Assembly (NCBI GenBank): GCA_022487185.1
Contig: JAKVJE010000001.1
Coordinates: forward strand, 15,158-79,157
Origin: Microbacteriaceae bacterium
Lineage (GTDB): Bacteria; Actinomycetota; Actinomycetes; Actinomycetales; Microbacteriaceae
Direction: 5' to 3'
Length of the DNA: 64,000 bases
Within the stretch, counting starts at the first letter, position 1. Each line of letters starts with the position of its first letter. Below are positions 46,394 through 57,724 of this stretch, in pieces. Position numbers and translations under genes: made by a program. The notes under the pieces were generated by a model. It was not told the origin of the DNA and ran no database searches. It worked only from the letters and a program-made list of their open reading frames with translations.

Positions 46394-47233
46394 ATGGGTA
46401 TTCGTAAATTCAAGCCGACAACGCCGGGTCGCCGCGGATCTTCTGTGGCAGACTTCGCAGAGATCACCCGGTCGACACCGGAGAAGTCCCTGCTGAAGCC
46501 GCTCTCCAAGCACGGCGGCCGGAACAACAACGGTCGGATCACCACCCGTCATCAGGGTGGCGGTCACAAGCGCCAGTACCGCGTCATCGACTTCCGTCGC
46601 GATGACAAGGATGGGGTGCTCGCCAAGGTCGCACACATCGAGTACGACCCGAACCGCACCGCACGTATTGCGCTGCTGCACTTCGCAGACGGCACCAAAC
46701 GGTACATCCTCGCGCCGGCCAAGCTGCAGCAGGGAGACGTCGTCGAGTCCGGCGCGTCGGCCGATATCAAGCCCGGCAACAACCTGCCGCTGCGCAACAT
46801 CCCGACCGGTACCGTCGTGCACGCGATTGAGCTCAAGCCCGGCGGCGGTGCAAAGCTCGGCCGGTCGGCCGGTGCCAGCATCCGCCTCGTGGCCAAGGAC
46901 GGCCCCTACGCCCAGCTGCGCCTGCCCAGTGGTGAGATCCGCAACGTGGATGCCCGCTGCCGCGCGACTGTTGGAGAGGTCGGCAACGCCGAGCAGTCCA
47001 ACATCAACTGGGGGAAGGCCGGCCGGAACCGCTGGAAGGGCAACCGCCCATCCGTCCGTGGTGTGGTCATGAACCCGGTGGATCACCCGCACGGTGGTGG
47101 CGAGGGCCGCACCTCGGGTGGCCGTCACCCGGTGAGCCCGTGGGGCAAGCCCGAGGGCCGTACCCGTCATCCCAACAAGGAAAGCGACAAGCTCATCGTT
47201 CGTCGCCGTCCGGCCAGCAAGAAGCGGAAGTAG
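46394..47233 (+). CDS. rplB: 50S ribosomal protein L2
   Basis: 279 aa with [13 protein letters not shown] motif. Confidence 0.98.
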   Translation: MGIRKFKPTTPGRRGSSVADFAEITRSTPEKSLLKPLSKHGGRNNNGRITTRHQGGGHKRQYRVIDFRRDDKDGVLAKVAHIEYDPNRTARIALLHFADGTKRYILAPAKLQQGDVVESGASADIKPGNNLPLRNIPTGTVVHAIELKPGGGAKLGRSAGASIRLVAKDGPYAQLRLPSGEIRNVDARCRATVGEVGNAEQSNINWGKAGRNRWKGNRPSVRGVVMNPVDHPHGGGEGRTSGGRHPVSPWGKPEGRTRHPNKESDKLIVRRRPASKKRK

Positions 47234-47242
47234 GAGGAAGTC

Positions 47243-47524
47243 ATGCCACGCAGCTTGAAGAAGGGCCCGTTCATCGACGAGCACCTGCTCCGCAAGGTTC
47301 TGGCGCAGAACGAGGCGAATACGAAGAACGTGATCAAGACCTGGTCCCGTCGCTCTATGATTCTCCCCGCCATGCTCGGACACACCATTGCGGTCCACGA
47401 TGGGCGCAAGCACGTCCCGGTGTTCATCACTGAGTCGATGGTTGGCCACAAACTGGGCGAATTCGCCCCGACCCGCACCTTCCGCGGCCATGTGAAGGAC
47501 GACACGAAGGGGCGTCGCCGTTAG
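47243..47524 (+). CDS. rpsS: 30S ribosomal protein S19
   Basis: 93 aa, starts [10 protein letters not shown]. Confidence 0.98.
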   Translation: MPRSLKKGPFIDEHLLRKVLAQNEANTKNVIKTWSRRSMILPAMLGHTIAVHDGRKHVPVFITESMVGHKLGEFAPTRTFRGHVKDDTKGRRR

Positions 47525-47549
47525 GCGGCCCCAGGAAGAGAGGAAAGCA

Positions 47550-47927
47550 ATGGAAGCGATCGCACATCTGCGGCATCTCCGTGTAACTCCCCGGAAAGCG
47601 CGCCGTGTCGTCGACTTGATCCGCGGCAAGCAGGCTCCGGAGGCTCTCGCCATTCTGAAGTTCGCACCTCAGGTGGCGAGCGACCCGGTATATAAGCTCC
47701 TGGTTTCGGCAATTGCCAATGCCCGGGTCAAGGCCGACAAGGAGAACACGTACCTCGACGAGGACGCACTCTACGTCTCACAGGCCTACGTCGACGAGGG
47801 AACCACGCTCAAGCGGTTCCGTCCGCGTGCACAGGGCCGCGCCTACCGGATCAACAAGCGCACCAGCCACGTCACCGTGGCGGTCGCCACACGGGCTGAG
47901 GCCACCACGACGAAGGGAAGCAACTGA
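47550..47927 (+). CDS. rplV: 50S ribosomal protein L22
   Basis: 125 aa. Confidence 0.96.
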   Translation: MEAIAHLRHLRVTPRKARRVVDLIRGKQAPEALAILKFAPQVASDPVYKLLVSAIANARVKADKENTYLDEDALYVSQAYVDEGTTLKRFRPRAQGRAYRINKRTSHVTVAVATRAEATTTKGSN

Positions 47928-48661
47928 TGGGGCAGAAGGTCAACCCGTTCGGCTTTCGTCTCGGGATCACCACGGACCACACGTCCCGCTGGTTCTCTGA
48001 CTCGAATCAGCCCGGACAGCGCTACAAGGACTACATCGCCGAGGACGTGAAGATCCGCCGGTTCCTCGCGGATCGTCTCGACCGCGCCGGCGTCGCCAAG
48101 GTCATCCTGGAGCGCACCAAGGATCGCGTGCGTGTCGATCTGCACACTGCCCGCCCGGGTATTGTGATCGGTCGTCGCGGTGCGGAGGCCGAGCGTCTCC
48201 GGGCCGATCTGGAGAAGCTCACCGGCAAGCAGATCCAGCTGAACATCCTCGAGGTCAAGAACCCCGACGCCGAGGCTCAGCTGGTCGCGCAGGGCGTTGC
48301 TGAGCAGCTCGCCGCCCGCGTGGCATTCCGCCGCGCGATGCGCAAGGGTCTGCAGGGCGCCATGCACACCGGAGCCAAGGGTGTCCGCATCCAGGTCTCT
48401 GGACGTCTGGGCGGTGCCGAGATGAGCCGGTCGGAGTTCTACCGCGAAGGCCGTGTGCCGCTGCACACCCTGCGCGCGAACATCGACTACGGATTCTACG
48501 AGGCCCGCACCACCTTCGGCCGCATCGGCGTGAAGGTCTGGATTTACAAGGGCGAGATCACCGACCGCGAACTCGCGGCGCAGCAGGCGACCCAGAAGCC
48601 GCAGCGCTCCCGTCGTCCGCGGCAGAGCAATGCGGCCGTCCCGGCCGGAGCGGAGGCATAA
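47927..48661 (+). CDS. rpsC: 30S ribosomal protein S3
   Basis: 244 aa, starts [13 protein letters not shown]. Confidence 0.97.
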   Translation: MGQKVNPFGFRLGITTDHTSRWFSDSNQPGQRYKDYIAEDVKIRRFLADRLDRAGVAKVILERTKDRVRVDLHTARPGIVIGRRGAEAERLRADLEKLTGKQIQLNILEVKNPDAEAQLVAQGVAEQLAARVAFRRAMRKGLQGAMHTGAKGVRIQVSGRLGGAEMSRSEFYREGRVPLHTLRANIDYGFYEARTTFGRIGVKVWIYKGEITDRELAAQQATQKPQRSRRPRQSNAAVPAGAEA

Positions 48662-48663
48662 CC

Positions 48664-49083
48664 GTGCTTATTCCACGCAGAGTCAAGTACCGGAAGCAGC
48701 ACCATCCCGGGCGTTCCGGCCAGGCCAAGGGCGGCACCACGCTCGCCTTCGGTGAATACGGCGTTCAGGCCCTCGGCCGCGCTTACATCACCAACCGGCA
48801 GATCGAGGCCGCTCGTATCTCGATGACCCGGTACATCAAGCGCGGCGGCAAGGTCTGGATCAACATTTTCCCGGATCGTCCGCTCTCGCAGAAGCCGATC
48901 GGGACCCGTATGGGATCTGGAAAGGGCTCGCCCGAGTTCTGGGTGGCCAACGTCAAGCCGGGTCGCGTGCTCTTCGAGCTCAGCGGCGTCGACGAGGCGA
49001 CCGCCCGTGAGGCTCTGGGCCGCGCCATCTACAAGCTGCCGATGAAGGCACGCATCATCAAGCGTGAGGAGGGTGAAGCATGA
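48664..49083 (+). CDS. rplP: 50S ribosomal protein L16
   Basis: 139 aa. GTG start; sequence begins [10 protein letters not shown]. Confidence 0.97.
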   Translation: MLIPRRVKYRKQHHPGRSGQAKGGTTLAFGEYGVQALGRAYITNRQIEAARISMTRYIKRGGKVWINIFPDRPLSQKPIGTRMGSGKGSPEFWVANVKPGRVLFELSGVDEATAREALGRAIYKLPMKARIIKREEGEA

Positions 49084-49358
49084 CGATCGGTTCCAAGGAG
49101 CTCGCTCCGGAAAAGCTCGACGCGCTCACTGACGCCCAGCTCCTTGAAGAGCTGAAGAAGGCCAAGGCGGAGCTGTTCAACCTCCGGTTCCAGTCCGCAA
49201 CCGGCCAGCTCGAGCAGCACGGCCGTCTACGTGCGGTCAAGCGGGATATCGCCCGGCTGTACACCGTCATCCGTGAGCGCGAGCTCGGGATCCGGACCTC
49301 GGCTGAGCAGCCTGCTGCAGCGAAGGACACGACTGACGCCGAGGAGGCCACAGCATGA
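49080..49358 (+). CDS. rpmC: 50S ribosomal protein L29
   Basis: 92 aa with an acidic C-terminal extension. Confidence 0.93.
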   Translation: MTIGSKELAPEKLDALTDAQLLEELKKAKAELFNLRFQSATGQLEQHGRLRAVKRDIARLYTVIRERELGIRTSAEQPAAAKDTTDAEEATA

Positions 49359-49627
49359 GCGCTCAGACAGAGACGACTCGCGGCTACCGTAAGACCCGCC
49401 GTGGATATGTCGTCAGCGACAAGATGGACAAGACCATCACCGTTCTGGTTGAGGACCGGGTCAAGCACCCCCTCTACGGCAAGGTGTTGCGCCGCTCCTC
49501 GAAGGTGAAGGTCCATGATGAGGCCAACGCTGCGGGGATCGGGGATCTCGTGCTCATTAGCGAGACCCGCCCGCTGTCCGCTTCGAAGCGCTGGCGGCTC
49601 GTACAGATCGTCGAAAAGGCGAAGTAG
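49355..49627 (+). CDS. rpsQ: 30S ribosomal protein S17
   Basis: 90 aa. Confidence 0.95.
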   Translation: MSAQTETTRGYRKTRRGYVVSDKMDKTITVLVEDRVKHPLYGKVLRRSSKVKVHDEANAAGIGDLVLISETRPLSASKRWRLVQIVEKAK

Positions 49628-49650
49628 GCCAGGGGCACAGGGAGAGAACA

Positions 49651-50019
49651 ATGATTCAGACAGAATCACGGCTCAAGGTCGCCGATAACACCGGCGCCAA
49701 GGAGCTGCTGACCATCCGCGTGCTGGGCGGTTCGAGCCAGCGTTACGCGGGGCTGGGCGACACCATTGTCGCCACGGTGAAGGATGCGATCCCCGGCGGT
49801 GCGGTCAAGGCCGGCGATGTCGTTAAGGCCGTTGTCGTCCGCACGGTCGACCGCACCCGTCGCTCGGATGGCTCGTACATCCGGTTCGACGAGAACGCCG
49901 CCGTACTGCTCACCGGCGAGGGCGAGCCTCGCGGCACCCGCATCTTCGGACCGGTCGGTCGCGAGCTGCGGGACAAGAAATTCATGAAGATCGTGTCGTT
50001 GGCACCGGAGGTGATCTGA
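49651..50019 (+). CDS. rplN: 50S ribosomal protein L14
   Basis: 122 aa, starts [17 protein letters not shown]. Confidence 0.98.
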   Translation: MIQTESRLKVADNTGAKELLTIRVLGGSSQRYAGLGDTIVATVKDAIPGGAVKAGDVVKAVVVRTVDRTRRSDGSYIRFDENAAVLLTGEGEPRGTRIFGPVGRELRDKKFMKIVSLAPEVI

Positions 50020-50364
50020 ATGCAGCGCATTCGCAAGGGCGATCTCGTCCAGGTGATCAGCGGCCGTTCGCAGGAGAAGGGCGGTGACCGCGGCAAGCAG
50101 GGCGCGGTCCTCCAGATTCTCGGTGAGCGCGTCGTGGTTGAGGGCGTCAATGTCCGCACCAAGCGCACCCGCGCCGGGCTGAACACTAAGAGCACAGAGT
50201 CGGTTCAGGCCGAGGCCCCGATTCACATCTCGAATGTCCAGCTCGTCGATCCCGAGACAAAGGTGCCGACCCGTGTCGGCGTCCGCGTCGAGCAGGTGAC
50301 CGAGGATGGCGTCACGAAGACGGTCCGTACCCGGTTCGCAAAGAAGTCAGGCAAGGATATCTGA
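50020..50364 (+). CDS. rplX: 50S ribosomal protein L24
   Basis: 114 aa with a KOW motif. Confidence 0.95.
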   Translation: MQRIRKGDLVQVISGRSQEKGGDRGKQGAVLQILGERVVVEGVNVRTKRTRAGLNTKSTESVQAEAPIHISNVQLVDPETKVPTRVGVRVEQVTEDGVTKTVRTRFAKKSGKDI

Positions 50365-50957
50365 TGGCCGAGACAGCGACAGAACAAGCGGTGGCCGTTG
50401 AGCCCCGCCTGAAGACCAAGTACCACGCCGAGATCATTCCTGAGCTGGAGAAGGAGTTCGGTTTCACGAACATCCACCAGGTCCCGAAGATCACCAAAGT
50501 GGTCATCAACATGGGTGTCGGTGAGGCGGCCCGCGATGGCAAGCTCATCGAGGCGGCCGCGCACGATCTGGCCCTGATCAGCGGTCAGAAGCCCGTTATC
50601 ACGCACGCGCGGAAGGCCATCGCGAACTTCAAGCTCCGCGAGGGCCAGCCCATCGGCGTGCACGTCACGCTGCGGGGCACCCGCATGTGGGAGTTCCTGG
50701 ATCGCCTGATCAGCTTCGCGCTGCCGCGCATCCGCGACTTCCGAGGTCTGAGCGATCGTCAGTTCGACGGCCATGGAAACTACACGTTCGGTCTGACCGA
50801 GCAGAGTGTGTTCCATGAGATCCGTCAGGACGAGATCACGCGCGTGTTCGGTATGGACATCACCGTGGTGACCACCGCCGCCGACGATGCCCAGGGCCGT
50901 TTGCTGCTCCGTGACCTTGGATTCCCCTTCAAGGCCTCAAGCACCCCCAAGAAGTAG
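50364..50957 (+). CDS. rplE: 50S ribosomal protein L5
   Basis: 197 aa. Confidence 0.97.
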   Translation: MAETATEQAVAVEPRLKTKYHAEIIPELEKEFGFTNIHQVPKITKVVINMGVGEAARDGKLIEAAAHDLALISGQKPVITHARKAIANFKLREGQPIGVHVTLRGTRMWEFLDRLISFALPRIRDFRGLSDRQFDGHGNYTFGLTEQSVFHEIRQDEITRVFGMDITVVTTAADDAQGRLLLRDLGFPFKASSTPKK

Positions 50958-51026
50958 TTTCATCCACCGTTGCTGGTCGCATCTGCGGGGACGCGGGTGT
51001 GAAACCGAATGAGAACAGGAAAAATC

Positions 51027-51422
51027 ATGACCACAGATCCGGTCGCAGACATGCTGACCCGGGTGCGGAATGCGAGCTCGGCTCATCACGAGACCGTCTC
51101 CCTCCCACTCAGTAAGCTCAAGCGCAATATCGCGGAGATCCTGAAGGCCGAAGGCTATATCGCCGACTGGTCCGAGGAAGATGCGAAGGTCGGCAAGACC
51201 CTGACCCTCACCCTGAAGTACGGGCGAAATCGGGAACAGGCCATTACCGGCATCAAGCGGGTATCGAAGCCGGGTCTTCGCATCTACGCGAAGTCCACCG
51301 AGCTGCCGAAGGTGCTGGGCGGCCTCGGTATTGCAATCGTGTCCACGTCGTCGGGTCTGCTCACAGATCGTCAGGCGCAGAGCAAGGGCGTTGGCGGGGA
51401 AGTCCTCGCCTACGTGTGGTGA
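51027..51422 (+). CDS. rpsH: 30S ribosomal protein S8
   Basis: Starts [16 protein letters not shown]. 131 aa. Confidence 0.96.
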   Translation: MTTDPVADMLTRVRNASSAHHETVSLPLSKLKRNIAEILKAEGYIADWSEEDAKVGKTLTLTLKYGRNREQAITGIKRVSKPGLRIYAKSTELPKVLGGLGIAIVSTSSGLLTDRQAQSKGVGGEVLAYVW

Positions 51423-51428
51423 TCGATT

Positions 51429-51965
51429 ATGTCTCGAATTGGTAAGCTTCCGATCGATATTCCCGCTGGCGTGACGGTGACCGTGGACGGTTCCGTCGTT
51501 ACCGTCAAGGGCGCCCAGGGCGAGCTTTCGCACACGGTGCCGGCCCCCATCACCGCGGTGGTTGAGGGCTCGCAGCTGCTGGTGAGCCGCCCCGATGACC
51601 AGCGCACCTCCAAGGCTCTGCACGGGCTCACCCGGACCCTGCTGCACAACAACATCATCGGCGTCTCGGCCGGGTTCTCAAAGGCTCTTGAAATCGTCGG
51701 GACTGGATACCGTGCCGTCGCGAAGGGGCAGGGCGTCGAGTTCTCGCTGGGCTACTCGCACACCATTACCGTCGAGCCGCCCGCCGGCATCTCGTTCGCC
51801 GTCGAGAGCGCGAACAAGGTCGTCGTGAAGGGTGCCGACAAGCAGGCCGTCGGTGAGGTCGCCGCAAAGCTCCGTAAGCTCCGCCCGCCGGAGCCGTACA
51901 AGGGCAAGGGCGTTCGCTATGAGGGCGAACATATTCGCCGCAAGGCCGGAAAGGCTGGGAAGTAA
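51429..51965 (+). CDS. rplF: 50S ribosomal protein L6
   Basis: 178 aa. Confidence 0.97.
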   Translation: MSRIGKLPIDIPAGVTVTVDGSVVTVKGAQGELSHTVPAPITAVVEGSQLLVSRPDDQRTSKALHGLTRTLLHNNIIGVSAGFSKALEIVGTGYRAVAKGQGVEFSLGYSHTITVEPPAGISFAVESANKVVVKGADKQAVGEVAAKLRKLRPPEPYKGKGVRYEGEHIRRKAGKAGK

Positions 51966-51968
51966 ACC

Positions 51969-52328
51969 ATGAGTGCGTTCAGCAAATCAGCGGCTCGCGC
52001 CCGCCGTCATGCCCGTGTGCGCAAGCACATCTCCGGAGACAGCCAGCGTCCCCGTCTCGTCGTGACCCGTTCCGCGCGGCATATCGTCGCTCAGCTCGTC
52101 GACGACCGCGAGGGACGGACCCTCGCCTCTGCTTCGACTCTCGAGGCGGATCTTCGGGCCGACGCCGGTGACAAGACCGCTAAGGCTCGCAAGGTCGGTG
52201 AGCTGATCGCCGAGCGGGCGAAGGCAGCCGGCATCGAGACCGCCGTGTTCGATCGCGGCGGGAACAAATACATCGGCCGGGTGGCCGCAGTCGCAGAGGG
52301 CGCACGCGAAGGGGGGCTCGCACTGTGA
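51969..52328 (+). CDS. rplR: 50S ribosomal protein L18
   Basis: 119 aa. Confidence 0.96.
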   Translation: MSAFSKSAARARRHARVRKHISGDSQRPRLVVTRSARHIVAQLVDDREGRTLASASTLEADLRADAGDKTAKARKVGELIAERAKAAGIETAVFDRGGNKYIGRVAAVAEGAREGGLAL

Positions 52329-53005
52329 GCGAGAATGAAAAGGCTCCGCAGGAGCAGGTGGCCGAGCAGACCGGGGCCGCCGCGGCTACCGGGCAGACTG
52401 TCGACCCGAACGAGCGGGAGCCGCGTCGCGGGTCTCGTGAGCGCCGCCAAGGGCGGGACCGCGACCGCGGTCGCCGCGATCGGGACTCCAAGTCCGATCT
52501 CCTGGAGCGCGTGGTCAACATCAACCGTGTCGCGAAGGTCGTCAAGGGCGGCCGGCGCTTCAGCTTTACCGCGCTGGTCGTGGTGGGCGACGGGAACGGC
52601 ATGGTCGGCGTGGGCTATGGCAAGGCCAAAGAGGTTCCGGCCGCCATCGCCAAGGGCGTCGAGGATGCCAAGCGCAACTTCTTCCGGGTGCCCCGCATCC
52701 AGAAGACCATTCCTCACCCCGTCCAAGGCGAGGCAGCTGCAGGCGTCGTTCTGCTCCGCCCGGCGGCCCCGGGAACCGGCGTTATCGCCGGTGGTCCGGT
52801 GCGCGCGGTGCTCGAGTGCGCCGGCGTTCACGATGTCCTCAGCAAGTCGCTGGGCTCGTCGAACAGCCTGAACATTGTGCACGCAACCGTCGCGGCGCTG
52901 CAGATGCTCGAGGAGCCTGCAGCGGTCGCCGGTCGTCGCGATCTCCCCGTGGATGCCGTCGCCCCGGCGGCACTGCTTCGTGCCGAGAGCGAGGTTTCTG
53001 ACTGA
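52325..53005 (+). CDS. rpsE: 30S ribosomal protein S5
   Basis: 226 aa. Arg/Asp-rich N-terminal extension followed by the S5 core (VVKGGRRF). Confidence 0.96.
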   Translation: MSENEKAPQEQVAEQTGAAAATGQTVDPNEREPRRGSRERRQGRDRDRGRRDRDSKSDLLERVVNINRVAKVVKGGRRFSFTALVVVGDGNGMVGVGYGKAKEVPAAIAKGVEDAKRNFFRVPRIQKTIPHPVQGEAAAGVVLLRPAAPGTGVIAGGPVRAVLECAGVHDVLSKSLGSSNSLNIVHATVAALQMLEEPAAVAGRRDLPVDAVAPAALLRAESEVSD

Positions 53006-53181
53006 TGTCCCTGCATATCACACAGATCAAGAGCGAGATCGGCGAGAAGCCGGCCCAGCGGAATACCCTCCGCTCGCTCGGACTCAAGCATGTTGGCCAC
53101 ACCGTGGTCAAGGAGGATTCGCCGTCCGTCCGCGGGTATCTGCGGGCGGTCCGGCACCTCGTTACCGTCGAGGAGAACTGA
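53005..53181 (+). CDS. rpmD: 50S ribosomal protein L30
   Basis: 58-aa ORF below the ORF-track cutoff, read by hand: [34 protein letters not shown]...VTVEEN. Overlaps the rpsE stop by 1 nt. Confidence 0.9.
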   Translation: MSLHITQIKSEIGEKPAQRNTLRSLGLKHVGHTVVKEDSPSVRGYLRAVRHLVTVEEN

Positions 53182-53182
53182 G

Positions 53183-53656
53183 ATGGCCGAAGAGAAGAAG
53201 ACCGCTGAGGAGGCGCCGGCCACCGTGCTGCGCGTCCATCACCTCCGCCCGGCACCCGGGTCCCACAAGGCCCGGACGCGTGTCGGCCGTGGTGAAGGCT
53301 CGAAGGGTAAGACCTCTGGGCGCGGAACCAAGGGCACGAAGGCTCGCTACCAGGTGAACCCTGGCTTCGAGGGCGGGCAGATGAAGCTGTCCATGCGCCT
53401 TCCGAAGCTCCGCGGGTTCAAGAACCCCGCCCGCATCGAATACCAGGTGGTGAACGTCGGCAAGCTGGCCGAGCTGTTCCCCGAGGGCGGACACATCACC
53501 GTGGCAGATCTGGTCGCGAAGGGTGCAGTCCGTGCCGATCACCGCGTCAAGGTGCTCGGTGACGGTGACCTCGCCGTCAAGCTGGATGTGCGAGTTGACA
53601 AGGTCTCTGCCGCTGCTGCGAAGAAGATCGTCGCGGCCGGCGGGTCCGTCGAGTAG
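53183..53656 (+). CDS. rplO: 50S ribosomal protein L15
   Basis: ATG 53183 lies 1 nt after the rpmD stop. 157 aa. Confidence 0.95.
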   Translation: MAEEKKTAEEAPATVLRVHHLRPAPGSHKARTRVGRGEGSKGKTSGRGTKGTKARYQVNPGFEGGQMKLSMRLPKLRGFKNPARIEYQVVNVGKLAELFPEGGHITVADLVAKGAVRADHRVKVLGDGDLAVKLDVRVDKVSAAAAKKIVAAGGSVE

Positions 53657-53701
53657 GCTCGGGAGTCGATTGTCGCAGGGACGAAGGATGGAGCAGGACG
53701 G

Positions 53702-55018
53702 ATGACGAATGCACTGAGCCGGGCTGCACAGACACCGGGACTTCTGGTCAAGGTGCTCTTAACGCTCGGGGTCGTCGTCATCTACCGGCTCGGGTCCTTC
53801 GTCCCTGCGCCGTTTGTGAACTTCCAGAATGTGCAGTACTGCCTGGGTCAGGTCGAGGGGAGCAGCTCCACTGGGCTGTACGACCTCGTCAACCTGTTCA
53901 GCGGCGGCGCACTGCTGCAGCTGTCGGTGTTTGCGATGGGGATCATGCCCTACATCACCGCATCCATCATCGTGCAGCTGCTGCGCGTGGTCATCCCGCG
54001 CTTCGACACCCTTTACAAGGAGGGTGAGACCGGGCAGGCCAAGCTCACGCAGTACACGCGATATCTCACGATCGGGCTCGGTGTGCTGCAGTCAACCACC
54101 TTGGTGACCGTTGCGCGCGCCGGATCCCTGTTCGGCTCCACCTGCTCCGCCCCGCTCGTGGCCAACACGAACTGGTGGGCGATCATCCTCATGATCCTCA
54201 CCCTCACCGCCGGAACCGGCATGATCATGTGGCTCGGTGAGATCATCACCGAAAAGGGCATCGGCAACGGTATGTCCCTGCTGATCTTCTGCTCGATCGC
54301 GGCCAGCTTCCCGTCCACCATGAGTTCCCTCTGGCAGACGAGCATCGGGACGTTCTTCCTCGTCCTGGGAGTCGGCATCGTCTTGATGGTGGCGATCGTG
54401 TTCATCGAGCAGTCCCAGCGCCGCATTCCGGTCCAGTACGCGAAGCGGATGGTCGGCAAGCGCGTCTACGGTGGCTCCACCACCTATATCCCCCTGAAGG
54501 TCAACATGGCGGGTGTGGTTCCGGTCATCTTCGCCTCCTCGCTGCTCTATGTGCCCGCTCTGATCGCACAGTTCAACCAGGGGGACGGGTCGAAGAAGTC
54601 TCCTGGCTGGGTGCAGTTCATCACCGAATACCTGACGAGCTCCGATAAGCCCAGCTACATGGCGCTATTCTTCGTGCTTATCCTGGGGTTCACCTACTTC
54701 TACGTGGCGATTACCTTCAACCCGGAGGAGCAGGCGGAGAACCTGAAGAAGTACGGCGGCTTCATCCCCGGCGTTCGGGCAGGACGCCCCACGGCCCAGT
54801 ACCTGGGGTATGTGCTGAACCGGATCACCCTACCCGGCTCCCTGTACCTGGGCATCGTGGCACTGATCCCCCTCATCGCGCTCGGGGCTGTGAACGCGAA
54901 CCAGAACATCCCGTTCGGCGGCACCTCGATCCTGATTCTCGTGGGCGTCGGGCTGGATATGATCAAACGAATTAATGCGCAGCTGCAGCAGCGCCGGTAC
55001 GAAGGATTACTCAAATGA
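53702..55018 (+). CDS. secY: preprotein translocase subunit SecY
   Basis: 438 aa with 10 TM segments. Confidence 0.98.
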   Translation: MTNALSRAAQTPGLLVKVLLTLGVVVIYRLGSFVPAPFVNFQNVQYCLGQVEGSSSTGLYDLVNLFSGGALLQLSVFAMGIMPYITASIIVQLLRVVIPRFDTLYKEGETGQAKLTQYTRYLTIGLGVLQSTTLVTVARAGSLFGSTCSAPLVANTNWWAIILMILTLTAGTGMIMWLGEIITEKGIGNGMSLLIFCSIAASFPSTMSSLWQTSIGTFFLVLGVGIVLMVAIVFIEQSQRRIPVQYAKRMVGKRVYGGSTTYIPLKVNMAGVVPVIFASSLLYVPALIAQFNQGDGSKKSPGWVQFITEYLTSSDKPSYMALFFVLILGFTYFYVAITFNPEEQAENLKKYGGFIPGVRAGRPTAQYLGYVLNRITLPGSLYLGIVALIPLIALGAVNANQNIPFGGTSILILVGVGLDMIKRINAQLQQRRYEGLLK

Positions 55019-55602
55019 GTTGTCAGCGTCTTCTCCTGATTGGCCCCCCCGGAGCGGGGAAGGGCACACAGGCCGCAAAGCTTTCCGAGCACTACGGGAT
55101 CCCGGCTATCTCGACCGGCGATATTTTCCGCAAGAACGTGAGTGAGCAGACCGAGCTGGGGAAGCAGGCCAAAGTCTTCCTCGACTCGGGGGAGTATGTG
55201 CCCGATTCGCTCACGAATGCGCTCGTCCGCGATCGTCTGGCCCAGCCGGATGCCGCTGGGGGGTTCCTCCTCGATGGCTACCCTCGGACCGTCGATCAGG
55301 TCGCAGAGCTTGACCGGATGCTCTCCGCAGCTGATACGCGCCTCGATGCCGTGGTGCTGATCACCGCGGATCGTGAGCAGATTGTCGCGCGCCTCTTGCG
55401 CCGGGCGGCAGAGCAGGGACGCTCGGATGATACCGAAGACGTCATTACCCACCGCATTCAGGTCTATGAAGCCCAGACTGCTCCGCTGATCGAGCTGTAC
55501 GGCAAACGGGACCTGCTGGTCACCGTCGATGGCATCGGCGAGGTGGATGCGGTTTCCCAGCGTATTTTCGCGGCACTCGATGGCGCCGCCTGCGCCGCCT
55601 GA
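55015..55602 (+). CDS. adk: adenylate kinase
   Basis: 195 aa with GPPGAGKGTQ P-loop. Short lid without Cys (no zinc-type lid). Confidence 0.96.
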   Translation: MSCQRLLLIGPPGAGKGTQAAKLSEHYGIPAISTGDIFRKNVSEQTELGKQAKVFLDSGEYVPDSLTNALVRDRLAQPDAAGGFLLDGYPRTVDQVAELDRMLSAADTRLDAVVLITADREQIVARLLRRAAEQGRSDDTEDVITHRIQVYEAQTAPLIELYGKRDLLVTVDGIGEVDAVSQRIFAALDGAACAA

Positions 55603-55604
55603 TC

Positions 55605-56471
55605 GTGTTCCGCAGGCTTCAGTACCGGTACAAGACCGCCGAGCAGGTTCTGGCGATCCGGCGGGCGGGATTGCTGACCGAGCGCATCTGCAGTGCGGTC
55701 CGTCAGCGGATCGCCCCGGGGATCACGACCCTGGAACTGGATCGCATTGCCCAGGACGTAATCAACGGCGCGGGTGCCAGTGCGAATTTCAAGCTCGAAC
55801 CTGGGTACACCCATGCGATCTGTGTGTCGGTCAACGACGAGATCGTCCACGGGGTTCCGGGAGCCCGCGTTCTCGCCCCGGGGGATATTGTCTCGGTCGA
55901 TGCCGGTGCCGAGCTCGACGGGTGGAATGGTGATTCTGCCTTTACCGTGGTGGTCCCCGGTGGCGAGAGCACGATGCGCCATCGTCGGGAGACCCTGAGC
56001 GCCGTGACTGAGCAATCGATGTGGGCCGGGATTGCGGCCCTGGCGGATGCCCGCCGGGTGAACGAGGTGGGCACCGCGGTCGAGCGGTACATCGAGGATC
56101 AGGGCGACTACGGCATCCTTCGGGAGTATGTCGGCCATGGTATCGGGCGTTCGATGCATGAGGAACCGGCCGTCTTCAATTATCATGTGCGGATGCCCGG
56201 TCCTGAGGTTCGACCGGGGCTGGTGATCTGCATCGAGCCGATGGTGACCGATGGCGGGGAAGAGACCGACACGGATCCTGAGGACGGGTGGACGGTTCGC
56301 ACAAGTGATGGGTCGAACGGCGCGCACTGGGAACATGAGGTCGCCGTGACCGACGGCGGCGTCTGGGTGCTCACCGCAAAGGATGGCGGACGGGAGGGGC
56401 TTGCCCCGTTCGGGGTGGAGCCTTCTCCGATCGTGGGCGGCGACACGCCGGGCGAAGAGTTGACAGCGTAG
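55605..56471 (+). CDS. map: type I methionine aminopeptidase
   Basis: 288 aa. GTG start. Metal-ligand pattern D..D..H..E..E. Confidence 0.94.
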   Translation: MFRRLQYRYKTAEQVLAIRRAGLLTERICSAVRQRIAPGITTLELDRIAQDVINGAGASANFKLEPGYTHAICVSVNDEIVHGVPGARVLAPGDIVSVDAGAELDGWNGDSAFTVVVPGGESTMRHRRETLSAVTEQSMWAGIAALADARRVNEVGTAVERYIEDQGDYGILREYVGHGIGRSMHEEPAVFNYHVRMPGPEVRPGLVICIEPMVTDGGEETDTDPEDGWTVRTSDGSNGAHWEHEVAVTDGGVWVLTAKDGGREGLAPFGVEPSPIVGGDTPGEELTA

Positions 56472-56574
56472 CTATCTTTCTCCATATCTCTGCGGTAGTA
56501 TTGTTGTTTGGTGTGCCGTGCGGTGAAGACTGCCCGGCGTGACGAGTTGAGTGCATAAGGGGCTTCACGGGCGT

Positions 56575-56796
56575 ATGGCGAAAAAAGACGGTGTCATCGA
56601 GATTGAGGGATCGGTCGTCGAGGCGCTCCCCAATGCGATGTTCCGCGTCGAACTTGAGAACGGGCACCGCGTGCTCGCGCATATCTCAGGCAAGATGCGC
56701 CAGCATTACATCCGCATCCTCCCGGAGGACCGGGTGGTCATCGAGTTGAGCCCCTACGACCTCAGCCGCGGTCGCATTGTCTACCGTTACAAGTAG
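56575..56796 (+). CDS. infA: translation initiation factor IF-1
   Basis: Starts [27 protein letters not shown]. 73 aa. Confidence 0.97.
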   Translation: MAKKDGVIEIEGSVVEALPNAMFRVELENGHRVLAHISGKMRQHYIRILPEDRVVIELSPYDLSRGRIVYRYK

Positions 56797-56923
56797 ACCC
56801 CAGGTTTTGTAATTCAATATCGGATGCGCACGGCCCGAAAGGGTACCCCCGGGTGGAGGCCGGGGCCGGTGAAAGCCGGATCGGAGCGCATGAAACCTCC
56901 ACGAACACACAGGAGCAGCCTTC

Positions 56924-57292
56924 ATGGCACGTCTGGCAGGCGTCGACCTCCCGCGCGAGAAGCGCGTTGAGATCGCACTCACATACATCTTCGGGGTCGG
57001 GCGCACGAGCGCAGTCAAGATCCTCGAAGCCACCGGGATCAGCGGAAGCATCCGCGTCAAGGATCTCACCGACGATCAGCTGGTCACCCTTCGTGACTAC
57101 ATCGCCGAAAACTACAAGGTAGAGGGCGATCTGCGCCGCGAGGTTGCCGCCGATATCCGCCGCAAGGTCGAGATCGGCAGCTACCAGGGGCTCCGTCATC
57201 GCCGAGGCCTCCCGGTGCGCGGACAGCGCACCAAGACCAATGCGCGCACCCGTAAGGGCCCGAAGCGCACGGTCGCAGGCAAGAAGAAGTAA
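56924..57292 (+). CDS. rpsM: 30S ribosomal protein S13
   Basis: 122 aa, starts [14 protein letters not shown]. Confidence 0.98.
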   Translation: MARLAGVDLPREKRVEIALTYIFGVGRTSAVKILEATGISGSIRVKDLTDDQLVTLRDYIAENYKVEGDLRREVAADIRRKVEIGSYQGLRHRRGLPVRGQRTKTNARTRKGPKRTVAGKKK

Positions 57293-57319
57293 CGGCGAAG
57301 GCGAAAGGGTCAATACACC

Positions 57320-57724
57320 ATGGCAGCATCCAAGCCGAACGCGGGCGCTCGTAAGCCCCGCCGTAAGATCAAGAAGAATATCGCCGTCGGCCAGGCGCAC
57401 ATCAAGTCCACGTTCAACAACACGATCATCACTATCACTGACCCTCAGGGCGCTGTGATCTCGTGGGCCTCCGCCGGTGAGGTGGGGTTCAAGGGCTCTC
57501 GCAAGTCCACCCCGTACGCCGCCCAGACCGCCGCGGAGTCCGTGGCCCGTCGTGCCCAGGAGCACGGTGTCAAGAAGGTCGATGTCTTCGTCAAGGGCCC
57601 CGGTTCAGGACGTGAGACCGCCATCCGCTCGCTGCAGGCTGCGGGACTTGAGGTCGGCTCGATTTCCGACGTCACCCCCCAGGCCCACAACGGCTGCCGC
57701 CCCCCGAAGCGTCGGAGGGTCTGA
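57320..57724 (+). CDS. rpsK: 30S ribosomal protein S11
   Basis: 134 aa. Confidence 0.98.
   Translation: MAASKPNAGARKPRRKIKKNIAVGQAHIKSTFNNTIITITDPQGAVISWASAGEVGFKGSRKSTPYAAQTAAESVARRAQEHGVKKVDVFVKGPGSGRETAIRSLQAAGLEVGSISDVTPQAHNGCRPPKRRRV

Noticed and set aside
50958-51026. Possible degraded rpsN pseudogene in the rplE-rpsH spacer.
   Set aside because: At 69 nt it is too short, and I saw no remnant of the S14 CxxC or C-terminal KSSW signatures on inspection. It is treated as a clean absence.
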